From assembly GCA_036172245.1 (NCBI GenBank), contig JAYWIR010000023.1, positions 930,001-994,000 on the forward strand: a stretch of 64,000 nucleotides of DNA, given 5' to 3'. Source of the DNA: Raillietiella orientalis. Taxonomy: Eukaryota. Positions within the stretch are counted from its first letter, which is position 1. Each line of letters begins with the position of its first letter. Of this stretch, positions 38,001-49,700 are shown piece after piece. Made by a program: the position numbers and the translations under genes. A model generated the notes under the pieces. That model did no database searches. It had not been told where the DNA came from and was given only the letters and a program-made list of their open reading frames with translations.

Positions 38001-39200
38001 AGTGTCTTTGCACCGATGATGAATGAAAGCTGCGTGATGTAGTATGAGGAGATCACGTTGCGATGGAGAGTGGGTAAGAATTGTAGGCTGTGAGTAAGAA
38101 AGATTTGATTTCTTTGAATATGGATGATTTGTTTTGTTCTTACCTCGTCGTGCATCATCATAGTGTTCAAGTTTCGTCGTTGTGAAAGCACGAATACTGA
38201 AAGTTGGTATCAGGATAGACTAAGCACCGTTTCTTCCTGTTCGGTTATTTCTCACAGGAGTTGTGATTCAGTTAATTTTTTTTTTCCTTCTAAATCAATA
38301 ATGGAGTTATGGAATCGCGATGATGATTAACTCAAGGTCCATGTGGTTCCATGATTCCCGAGTGAGGTCAGTGTTGTTCTTGAGTTGTGGTATTGAGAAG
38401 GAGGAAAAAAACAACAGCAAAAAAAAAAGGATTCAGATGCCATTTATGGCTTGGCTGCCGGAGGCTATGGCAACTCTCACTTCTTCTTCAGCTTTGTTTC
38501 ATTTTTCAACCTAATGTGCTACGCGCTATCTACTTACAAAAATTCGGTCTGATAACATTGGTCTGATGTACACGCCATGAAATGTGCGGCGGACGTATTA
38601 ACTGGGTTGTCCTTTGGAGTGACATTTAGGATGACTCCAGATAGGTACACAAACCGCGATTTCGTACTCGGCATTAATCTACTGAGAACGGGTAGACTGA
38701 ATCTTTTTTAAGCTTTGATTCTACGCGTGCTGGAGTCACTGATGTTCTCTTTCTCAAGGATATCCCTTTATGTTACCGGAGATCTTCGTAGGACGAGAAA
38801 TTTGAAGGTAAGTTGCTTTTAATCGAATGCCAGGGTTGATTCCCGTTTGTCTGTTAGGGAGCATTATGAGGTGCGATGGGTGTAGTCTTTTGAGATGGAA
38901 AGTGTGGGAATGATGGTAGTAATATGGATGCTATTGAGGACGATACAAAGGCAGTAATTGTTGGAAATGAAGGAACAGTAGGGTGTTAAAGAGTGGTGGT
39001 AGTGGCGTAAGCGTACCGAAGGGAAGGATTATCGGTTTGCAATCAGTGTATTTAAGTGCTTGGTGTGAGGCCGTCTCCTGGACAAATTGCCGCTACGAAT
39101 GATGTCAAGCTGAATTGGAGGTTTCTTGGGTGAACTGGGCGGACTTTCGGAAATAGAAATGAAGAGAATGTTTGCCAGTGGCGAAGAGGGAAATCATGGG
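35100..39200 (-). mobile_element. Decayed LINE ORF2 (APE endonuclease plus RT), about 4 kb
   Basis: The minus strand is C/A-rich. Collinear remnants across frameshifts: AIC/VQET/LTPS (39072-39083, APE QET motif), PIF...KSW(R)PINIPAVSLK (37166-37182, restored by a 1-nt indel), QSGFVTHR (37100-37111), VHKGMR (36804-36821), MRPCIIYS (36085-36108; cf. IRPxLEY). Ends approximate. Confidence 0.5.
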
Positions 39201-40799
39201 AATGAAGCGAGAATAAGCTCTTCGTGGGCCTGGAACTCAGGAGAGTGGGATGGGTTTCAATAACAAATGCTCGAAGATGTGTGTGGTAATGAAATGTGTT
39301 TGGCAAAAGAAATATCCTCTTTCGTTGTTCTTTGATTTCCTGTGTTGCGCCTGCAACAGCCTGACATCTGGTCAGATGCAGTGCTTTTTGATAGATCCTG
39401 ACTGCAGATCGAATCGATGAATTCATCTGGATGTGTAAATCTCTATAAAATTTATGATTTGTGTTCCTTCTAGATTTCGGAAACCGCTCTGGCAGTAGAC
39501 CGAATCTGACCGTCCCATTTGATATCTTTGGATGACGTGTACTTGCTGTCCTCGAGGTTGAGACGATGCTCGTTGCGATGGCACCTTCCCCACCCTCAAA
39601 ATGAGAACCGAAGAGAACCAAGGTAAGAAGTCTGAGAGTGAAGGAAAGGGAAAAGAGAAAAGGTCACGATGAAGGCCATCTCGGACCAGTAAACAAAGAA
39701 TTTCTGGTGGCTGGGGTGGGTTGTGCCGGATATCAGTAAATCGATATGAAACCAAATGCACAAACATGCCCGCACCATGTGCGCCACTTGTCAGTGTAAT
39801 GTGCGCCGAGGGTCGCTGGGAACTTGAGCGAAAATGTGACCCACACCCTCAGCAAGCAGCTCGAGAAGATTCGATATGTGGCGACAAGGATAGGTGAGCA
39901 TAAACGGCAATTTGGGGTCCACCATCCTTCGTAGCAATGATGCTTAGAGAACCGGAAACCGTGGATTCGAAAACAGAGTTTGCGGTGAAAAAACAAGGCT
40001 CAGGATCTGGTGGATTTGTTTAGCCGTTTTTTGTTTGCGTGTAATTGCAACTGTTGGGTTAAATCTTACTCCTGGCTTTGAGAGATTTCTGAGGAGGAGG
40101 AGGAGACAGCAACTGGTCGTGAGAAGATGGATAAGGAGTTCATTCCTGAACCAGCGTGGAAGAATACAATAATTTTCGAAAAAATGGGTGGATGCTCATT
40201 ACTTTAAGTAGGCAGGAGCGTGCATACACGAAGGAAAACTCCTTCAGCTCGTTAGACATATGATGCGTGCGCGTATGTCATCCAATTACCAATCCTTCTC
40301 AAGGACATGTCCCTTTGGTTTCAGTTTTCCGACAACAACCTCTCGAGTCACTTTTCCCCATCCGTGTTCTTCGGGGCAACGAGGGCTCCACTTGTGAGGG
40401 AAGGAGAGTTGAACAAATCACCTCAAAGTTTTAGAGATTATCTCGAAATACGTAGGCGGTTATCTCGGATCGGGTCTCCAATAGGAATGCCGAGTAATTA
40501 TGTCCCTGAGAGCCAGTAGGACATTGAAAAAATTCAGGTATGCAGCCCGGGCCAGTTCCTAAAGATATGTCTCCCCTATCGCCATCCGTCTCGAGTGATG
40601 CTGTTCAGATTTTGCACTTTCCCTGCCATCCTCATTCCCTTGCATCTTTGATCATCGCACTGAGCCCGTGCGGTTTCTCGATGTGAATTATTAGTAATTC
40701 GTCCGAACGGTAGGTGCGTGCGCAAGCAGCCGTTTGACTGTCAAGGCCTCGGAGCCTGAAACCGGTTAGTTAGGATGCAGGATCGGAAGAAGAACTTTT

Positions 40800-43700
40800 A
40801 CTTTGTGTGTGATTTTTTTTTTTCCTTCTGCTTCTCTTTCTTGTATCCTCTTGCGCACCTCCTTTGGCTTCGTCTTGAACTGGACGGCGCTTTTTTCGAG
40901 ATGATCTGGCACTCCGGTTTCCACACCGCTTCCACGAGTCTTTTCGCTTCTGGAGCAGATCCGCGGAACGAGCCGCTGCGAGTTAATGCTCCCCGAGAGA
41001 GATGGAGCATACTCTTCGGGCAGTCCATCGCAGCGCGCTGTCGGACCGTCTCGGACGAAGACGCTTCGAAGGCCTCAGCTCAATCGCGGCCCGATAGAGA
41101 CGTCGAGACGTACTGGCACAAATAGAAGGCGGGACAGACCCGTACAGAGGTGAAGTCTCGCCGCCAAGCATTTCTGTTTCACTTTTGCCTTTCGCGGAAT
41201 CTCCGGGGGGTCTGCAGGAATTTTCCACGGAATTCGTTCTTTCTTCTCTACCCTTCCCCGTCCCTCCCTTCCCGGAATGTCTCCTTCCCCGCCTGGTCAA
41301 GCGCCAGCGCAGCAGCACGTTTCTTGAAAGAAAGCTTAGTGACTCCGTCAAGAGACGACCGCGAAGAAGCACCGAGAGGCTGCTCCTTGGGCTCCCAGGA
41401 GCATGCTCTCGTCTTTCCTGGAATGATTCGCGGCAATGAGATAAGGCGACCGTGACCTGATCTCCTCTGCCTGAGTATCCCGTCCTAACTCCCTGCTCTC
41501 GCTGTCCGTTTTTCTTTCGTGCTTTCCCGAGCCGCGAATGACGGAGGGCGCCATCCCTGGCTGCTACAGCTGACCACGCCGTGCCCATCGTGACCCATCT
41601 GCGATCCTCCACGTGGTCCACGGTTCGACCGAGATCCGCCTTCGGCTGGTGTCCAAGTGAGGCGTTTCGTCCATGCCAAGTGGCACCCTCCCACCCTTCA
41701 GTGGCTTCAGACGGAGCTTGCCACAAGTCGAGTGTGGCCCCCGAAACGAGGGGAAGTCGGACTTCCTCATGTGCACCGGCGACCACGGACCCGACCGAGG
41801 CACTGCGCTGCGGCTGCAGCGCTGTGCGTGGTCTCTCCTTTGGGAGCGACCACCATTCTGTGCAGCCCCCTAACAATTCCGGCATTGTCCTTCCTGACCC
41901 GCCCCCAAAGATCGCGTGTTTCCCATCCTGAAAGGCCCTTGATCTTCCGCTGAAGAAAGGGATGGCGGCGGTGCAAAGCAAAATGGTGCGCATGTGGGTG
42001 CGTTTGTGCTCGACGCCCAGCTGCGAAGGGCCGTGGTTTCCAGGAAATTCGCGCTTCCTGTAAACCACAGCGTCCAACACTTCGTCTGTCCCCCGCCTCG
42101 GATTCTTGCGAAGAGGAGATGACTTCCTTTCCGAAAGGCCTGTCTAGGACGCGAGCTGCCTCTCAATGGCCCCGAAGTCCACTGCGAAGGGCGGACAGGC
42201 CAGCATCTCCTTGGAAGAAGGGAGAAAGGGAAGTCGATCTTCCCACCCCATCCCCTCACCCCACCCTGGCCCGGCAGTGAGCGTAGACCAGGATGACGGC
42301 GCGCTCGAAGCTGCAGCTTGGGCGCAACCCTCTCCTCCGAGAAGACTTCCTCTCAGCTGACCGCGACGGCCTCCTCGGCTCTATGGATGCTCTGACGAAG
42401 AGGCCCAACGCCTTACCCGCCTGCCCTCGAGGCGAGTCCTGAGGGAGCTTCGGCCTCGACCTCTTAGAGTTCCCCTAGATACTTCCGTCAGGGATCCCCT
42501 GTGAGGCTGGGGACTTTCGTAGCAGTCGGGGGCTGCGTCCCGCCAGACCGGGCCGGCCGGAATGGGGCGGAAAGAAGGAGCTCAGCTCCCCGTCGACGCT
42601 TCCCTTCGGACCGGCTTGCAGGTGACTCCGTTCGTCCCTGTTGAGCTAGTAGGGAGCCTGCGACCCATGAAGGCTGCACACTCCTCCTCAAGAAGGCAGG
42701 ATCTCCCTCAGGCTGCTATCCCGGCCTCCCCCTCCAAAGATCGCTTCTGGCTATAGCCGCAATCTCCCGTCGTTATGTCTCACTATTTGGATCGAGAGTT
42801 TCCCTCTTGTGCGTCATCGGGGTCCTTCCCTCAATCCTCCGCTCCCTCCGAAAAAGTCTCCTCTCAATCCATCCTTCCTCCATCTTCCCCAAACCCGGGC
42901 CCCACGAAATCCTGGATTTTCCGGGATTCCCACGAGAGGACCCCCTGCGGAGCCTCAGGCGAGGTCCATGTTACCGCTCCAACCGACCTGAGCCCTCCGT
43001 GCTTCACAGGAAGAGAAGCCGGATAAGGAAGAAGAGCTGAGCAGGGGAGTGGGAGTTCCACCAAGACCTTGCGGGCTATGGAACGTGCAAGCACCCCACG
43101 CCAACGCTCCCTAAGTTCACAGGGTCGTTTGGCTGCTAAGGAAGGGGATTCTTTGCCTTTGGTGAATGGAATGGAAGGGGAACCGACAATCTTGGAACGA
43201 GAGGGCAATGCCAATAGGCATCTCTGCTTCCGTCCCCTCCTTCCCATTTCCTCATTCCCTACCTCCCTTCCTCCTCTCCTTCTGACTTCACTTCCCCGGG
43301 TCTCAGTTGTCTCTTTCACTGCCGCTTCCCTCAGGTCGAGCCTGGAGGGGGAGGGGTCGACGCAACCGAAAGTGCCCTACCTCAAGGTTCACCTCCAGCG
43401 CTCCCCCGGGCATGTCCAGAAGAAAGAAAAATTCCTTTCCAGTCTCTGCCTCCGTGGGGGCTGGGAAGGGGAGAAGCTCTCTTCAGCATCCTCAATATTG
43501 ATCTGTGAATCTTTCGTTCCTCCTCTTCAGGGACGAGAATGATACAGACTTGTACTTCGGTTGCCCAAGTGACGTTGAAGAGAGAACCTCAGGGGAGAGG
43601 AGGGAACCTCCTCTTGTAGAGGGGGAGGGAGGGGAGAGATTGGAGAGACGGGAAGAAACGCTGGCAGAAAAGGAAGAGGAAGGCGGGATGCGCGCGCTCT

Positions 43701-46700
43701 CAGAGGGTGGTTGCGCTTCAGAGAAGGGCGTCAAAGGGAGGAGAGGAGGGGGAACCTACCCGGAGGAACCAGACTGGCGGCGGTGGCTCGGACGGATCTA
43801 ACGTTCCGGAAGGAAGTAACGGGGCGCCAGACCGGAAAAAACGGACTTTCCGTGGGAGGTCGTCGCTAGGGCAGCCGCGATCGCCCTCCTCAATCCCTCC
43901 CTCCTTCCCATAGCAACCCCCCCCTCCCTGAAGGAATTCTCGGACTCTGGAAACCTCCTTCTTATCACTGCTGCGCCCCTCCACCTTCTCCTCTACGATG
44001 GGTGCAAGCATGGGAGCGGATGGAGCCTTCCGGGAGGACACACGCAAGGTTTTCGATTCCCATTTCCTCTCTTCCTCTTCGGTGCATCTGGACTGAAGGG
44101 GACGAGCGGGAACCATGGCAACGGGACCTTCCACCGCACAATCGCCCCGTCCGCGACTCCTCCTCATGTCGGTCGTCCCTCACTCCCGGACGGAAAAGAC
44201 GGACGGTTCCCCGCTCCGGACTCCCAGAACTCGGGTTCTGGTCTCGCTCCCGAAGGACAGAGGCAGCGGGAGGGGGCAGGGGCAAAAGGAGAAGGAGGAT
44301 TGCTACTCCGTTCCCGCCGTCTTCCTTCCCGCGCGTTCCGGAAGGGAAGGCGACGAAGCTTTCCTTCGGTGGACGGGTGCTCTGCCTCGCAGCCTTCCGT
44401 CCTCGCCGCCCGTGGGAAGCGCTCCTTTCGGCCACCACCGCCCCTTTCGAGGGTTCCCAGGGAGGACGCCAGCCTTCCTCCGCCCAGACGCGAGGGATCC
44501 CTTCCAGCGCCGACGCCGACGACGCGCCTCGCCTCGATCCCCAGTCTCGTTCCCACGGAGGCGATTAGATTCGCCCGCGATAAGGGGAGCAGGAAGCAAG
44601 CTGTCCCACCGCCGGAATGCACTCGTCAGGAGAGCAACGAGGAAAAACAACGGCTGCAAGGAAGGAATGAGAAAATAAAGGAAAACCACAGATGTTTTCC
44701 CACCTCCTCCTCTCCATTTCTTCCCTTTCCTTTCTTCTTCCTTTCCAGCTGCTCGCCATCGAGCTGCAAGGAGGCACCGCGTCCTCGACCTCCGTGCTAG
44801 AATGGAAGCTATGGCTCCCGGTTCCTCCAAGGCGGCGGCGGCATACCTCAGGTGAGGGAGGAAAGGGGAACGAGGGAGGGAGCAAGAGGCCGTAACCGGT
44901 ATCCTTCGACAGGAGCACCCCAGTCCTCGCGCTGCTCTCCTGCCTGCTCCTCCTCCTGCCCACAGGCGGGGGAACCCAAGATGACTCACAGTACAGCTTT
45001 GGTGTGGGCATCGCGGACATCACTGGACCCCCAGTGGAGATCGGAATGGTTCGTATCCACAGCAGTTTTCTCTCCCTTCCTTTATCCCCCCCCTTTCCGG
45101 GAAGCAGGGAGAGGCTGCCGAGGGGAGGGAGAGAGGGGAAAGTGGGAAGAGGTTTCCGAAGTGGGGGAGGGCAAGGAGGAAGAGAGACGGCTGGCGACCC
45201 CCTTGCACTCACTGCAGCGGCAGCTAGATTGCCAGCCAGCCGCCCGTTCCCGGAGGGCAAATTCGAGCCGGTGACTCCAACCCGCGAACCACGACATAGC
45301 CCCCGCCCGCTTTTTCTCCGGCCGACCCTGTGCATCTTCACGTCACGTTCTCCTTTCTGCCAGAAAGAACTCCGTGATGCGCGCATCATCATCATCATCA
45401 ACAGCAGCAGCAGGAGCTCCGGGTCCGGTCTCGCGTGACACTTGTGCTCCCTCACAAAAAAGAGGAGGAGGGGGAGTAATGGAGGGAAGGGGAAAACGAG
45501 CGAGGAAGTGAGTCTTGAAGTCTCTGTAAGGACCTTGAGGACCGCATCTGAAAGATCGGAACGTCCGCGAGAGCACTCCTGCCGGTGCGTATTTCGCTCG
45601 CGGTGGCTTGTGCGCCTCCGAACCGCTCCGGTCCGCCTTTGCGGTTTTGCAATCTCTCGCTGCTGCATCTTCCGATCTCCTTTTCTGCGAGGTCATCAGC
45701 CACGAACAATCTTTTCTCTCGCTCCCGTTCGATGTTATCTGTTTTTGCCCCGCCTGCTGACCACATCTCCGGACCGGCGTCTTCGGATGGGCGGACGGGC
45801 TCTCCGGGTCCGTTGGCGGCGAAGACTGGCGTCGTCGCGAAGCCGATCTGGCAAGCCAATGGCCGCTCCTTCCCTTCTCCTCCCCGCACGCACGCACACT
45901 AAGACGGGGATCCTGTCGCCCACAGCGCCGCCCCGGGAAGCGGTCAGCAGGCGAGACGAAGACAAGCGACTCCAGACGTATCCCTTGCTTCCCTTCCTTC
46001 ATCACGGGGAAACCTGAGGATCCGCTTCTTCCGAGGATCCGTTTAACTGCCTTCGTGGGGTGGAGGGAGGCGTTGCCTCTCTGGTGGAGTCCACCGCGCA
46101 GCGGTGGACCCACTCTGCTGCTTTTGGGACTGCGGTGAATCGCTCCCTCTCTCGCTGGGATCCACGCGTGCGTCACCCACCCTTTGCGTCCGTCCGTCCG
46201 TCTGGCATCTACAGGTGTGAGTAGCCGCCGGAAAAAGGGGGTAAGGTGAAGATGGGGTGGAGGAGCTGATCCCCCAGCTCCCTTCGCCCGCTTGCGAACC
46301 GGGCCAGTCTGTCTCTACGACTCCTTCGCTTTCCTGCCGCGAGACGGAGCCGCCTTTTGCTTGGCTGCTCCGAGTAGCCAGAGGGGGAGGACGAGAACAC
46401 TGCATTTCCTTCCTTTCCTCATGAACCGACCGAGCTCCCGCCCCCTTCCTCAGCGATCCTGTCCAGGTCGCCGATCCCTCGTACCTCCTCGTCCCTGCTT
46501 CTGCTGCAAGCGCGTCTCTCGTGATATGAAGAAATCCCTGGGAACCCTTCCATCGCCTGTGCCTTCCGCAGAGGCGATCCCCGGTGGGAGCCGGCCGCAC
46601 TGGCGCAGGCCAGGTTCGCGCCGCACGTCGGAACGTGCCGCTCACCCAGGTGCTTCCCGTTCAGGAACCACCCATGCGTCTGAATTGCCCCAGGCTTGAG

Positions 46701-49700
46701 GTGACAGGGAGTGGGGCGATTAGGACCTCGGCTCGCCTGCGCAGGACACCGCCTCAGGGCAGTTCCTCTCGGCTGAACAGGAGCGGGGCGTCCACCTCCG
46801 CAGCACGCAGGGCTCAGACGGCACGAAGAGAGTCCTCCCTCGTAGCCACGGAAACCAACCAGGGAGGTGGCTCGTACATGCGTCGGCGACCGCGGGGTCT
46901 CCAAGGGAACTTCCTTCTCCAGCATCCACTCCACTGCGATTACTCCAGGCGCTTACCTTGCCACCATCCAGGCATCTCGTGTGCATCGCTGCAAGGCCTG
47001 TGTCCCGCCCTTGCGTCGATCTCCCCGGGCAAAGATTTCGCCTGGCCTTCATCGGCTGGTGATGCTTGCGCCCTCTTCCTGGTCGCCGCTCGCGGAGCCT
47101 TCCGGGACGGATCTCACACTGCCCGACGTAAAGCAGCTACCCCCCCACTCACCACCCACCTCACCTCAAAAATGCAGCCCCATCGGTCAAGCCGGAGCAG
47201 GCCGAGGCGGTAGCTTCCGGTGAGAATCACCGGAGACGTCTTTGGTGATTCGCGACGCTGGACCCCGAGATCAGCCGCAGTGACTGGTTCTGCTCAGCGC
47301 GCGGCGGCTATCGCAACCTCTCTCTCCAGTTTTTCCTCTTCCTTCGCAGTGCCCTCCTTGTCTCGGCCTTCCCCTTCCAGGAGGAGGGTCGTTGACCGCT
47401 CCTAAGGGCTCTTTTGGACACCCTTCAACCTGATAGGAAGTAGAATTCTCATCAAGTGGGGGGGAGGAGATGTGCAGGAGGATGGATGGGAAGGGATGAA
47501 CTTTTAGGGTCGAGTGCCCCGGGTTCTGTTTTCGGGACAACTCTTCCCCCCGCATCGTATCCTGGCCCCCCAAAACTCGGAAGTGTCCAGTCCGGACGCG
47601 GGTTCGGAGACGCCGAGTAAACTCGAACCGCCACCGGTTCTGCATTACCGGAGGGAAATCGAAAGAGAAGGGCACAGGAGCGCCACTCCCTGCCTCAGCG
47701 CACCCATTTGATGGAGTCAAGTCTCCCGCCAGCGCAGCGCAACAGAAGGTCGTTGTTAGGCGTCCTTCTGATCCGGAAAGCGGAAAATGCGAAAGCCCAC
47801 CTTCTCCCGCTGCTTCCTCCGGTTAGACCTCTCTCTCTCCTTGGCATCCGTTGTACGCGACTCTCCCATCTCCCCGTTTCGCAGTGGAACTTGCCGGGAC
47901 TCCTCCTCTCAGGCATCTCCTCGGGTGGGAAGCGAACTGCAGGGCTCCAAAAGTAATGGTGGCGCACGAAAGGACCCTGGCAACCGTTCCCAGATGCACT
48001 TCGTAGCAACCGCCAGTTCGAAAGACTGCGAGACACATGAAACAAATTGGAACCGTTTCTCAGCGGGTACAGACTCGAGCGATGACGTTAGTGACACCCT
48101 CCCCCCCCCCCCCTCTCGGGGCTAAACGCCTTCGACACTCTTCCTGGTCGCGATCGTTTCGCGGGGCTCGCGGCTTTGCTCCTGTCGACGCGCCTGTGCT
48201 CGCGTCACGGCAGCCCCAGCTGGCAGACTCGGGTGCCGTCGCGGCGCTACATCGGCCCGCGTGTTCCGTGTGCCTCCGTCTGAAGAAAAAAGGTCTCCGG
48301 CGTTGAGCGCTGACCTTTCCCGATGTCACCAAGGAGGAATCCAGAATTATGGGTTTTTGCTCTCGCCTCCGTAGCCTTTTGAAGTTCGCCCCATAGCCCA
48401 GTCACCTGCACGGACCTGTCGGTGGTTAGGAGCCCCCTTCCCCTTCATCCCCCGTGGGGGAAAGTGAGGCAAAGTATCCTTGGGAATAGAATTCCTTGGG
48501 AATTGCGCCACCGTCCGGGGAGATATCTGGCGATGGGAACTCCTCGTTCCCTCCCGACAAGAACGCCGCCGCTGCCTGCATGTTTCCCAGCCTATCTCGA
48601 CTCAGCTCCGCTGCTTCACTCCTTTGAAAGCGCGGCTCCATGCAGGCGGGGAAGTGGCTGCTGTGGCAGCTCCTCCTCCTCCGTATATCTCGGTCGCGAT
48701 GAAACCAGTTGACTTGGGAAGTGAGCTGCGGACGCAGTCGCCAAGTTTTTTTCCGATCTCTGCAGGCCGGTCGCTCTTTAACCGCTGCTCTTAGGGAGGG
48801 ACGATTCTGAGCTCAGCGCAGAAAGCTTTTCGCAGGTGAGAAAGACAGGAAACATCTTCCCATTGGAGTTCTCCTTTCTTTTTCTCCCTGGAATCCCTTG
48901 TTGGAACCCTGCAGACAGGAGCTTTTCTTCTTCTTCTTCCTCTCTTGGAGAAAACCAACGTCGGAAATTTTTTTCTCAGTCCGACTCCTCTTGTCTCGAC
49001 GTCTATTATCCGACGAGGCCTCAAAATGTCCACCCTTAAAGAGGTCGAGACTCGAAGCTGCAACGGGAGCTCTGGTCGGGTTGCATTCCAGCAGAACATA
49101 TTTTCTTGGAGTCTTCATCGAACGCGAGGCAGTTCCTTTCACTTGTTCTTCTTGTCTTGGAGCGGAGCGTGGCGCTGCCGATGCACATGACCAGACTCGG
49201 TCAATGACTGCAGCATGCCGGAAATGGAGAAACGCCAAGCGATAGGGGCTGAGGGCCGATGGAGCAGGGGCAGAATGAGTTTCCAAACGTGCCCGGCGAA
49301 GAAACATTCCTCCGTGTTCCCCCCTCCCTTCCATCCCCGCTTTTTCTTCTGACTCTTTAAAAAGGTGTCGTGTTTTACTATGAAGTGCCAAGTTGTACAG
49401 TGCGCCGCTGTTTTGGCGGGGGATGAGCGATGGTGGCAGCAGCGCAGCGGTAACGCATGGCGGGATAAATCCAACCAGCTGAGAGCGAGGGTACCCGATC
49501 GTGCACTTCCTGTTTGGATCGCCGTGCGCCACTGACAGAGTTTTTTTACCTTTTCGTGACTCGCATTCTTCCCTGAAACTGAAGATCAAATTGGGCATAC
49601 ATCCCTCCCATTCTCGAAGCGTCGCTCGAGACGGAACACTCATCCTCTTCGACGAGAGCCCTCTCCAAGAGCGGCAGCTCGCAGGTGCAGACACGAAGCT
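40800..49700. promoter_or_regulatory. GC/CpG-rich domain centred on the first exons of the ceramidase gene (CpG-island-like)
   Basis: High GC and CpG by eye; contains ceramidase exons 1-2 (44802-45048), while the 3' exons lie in ordinary-composition DNA. The regulatory role is inferred. Confidence 0.5.

Noticed and set aside
40983..49694. Long ORFs of 365, 367, 277 and 293 aa in the second GC-rich domain
   Set aside because: Same composition artefact; only 44802-44851 and 44913-45048 match a protein family (ceramidase).
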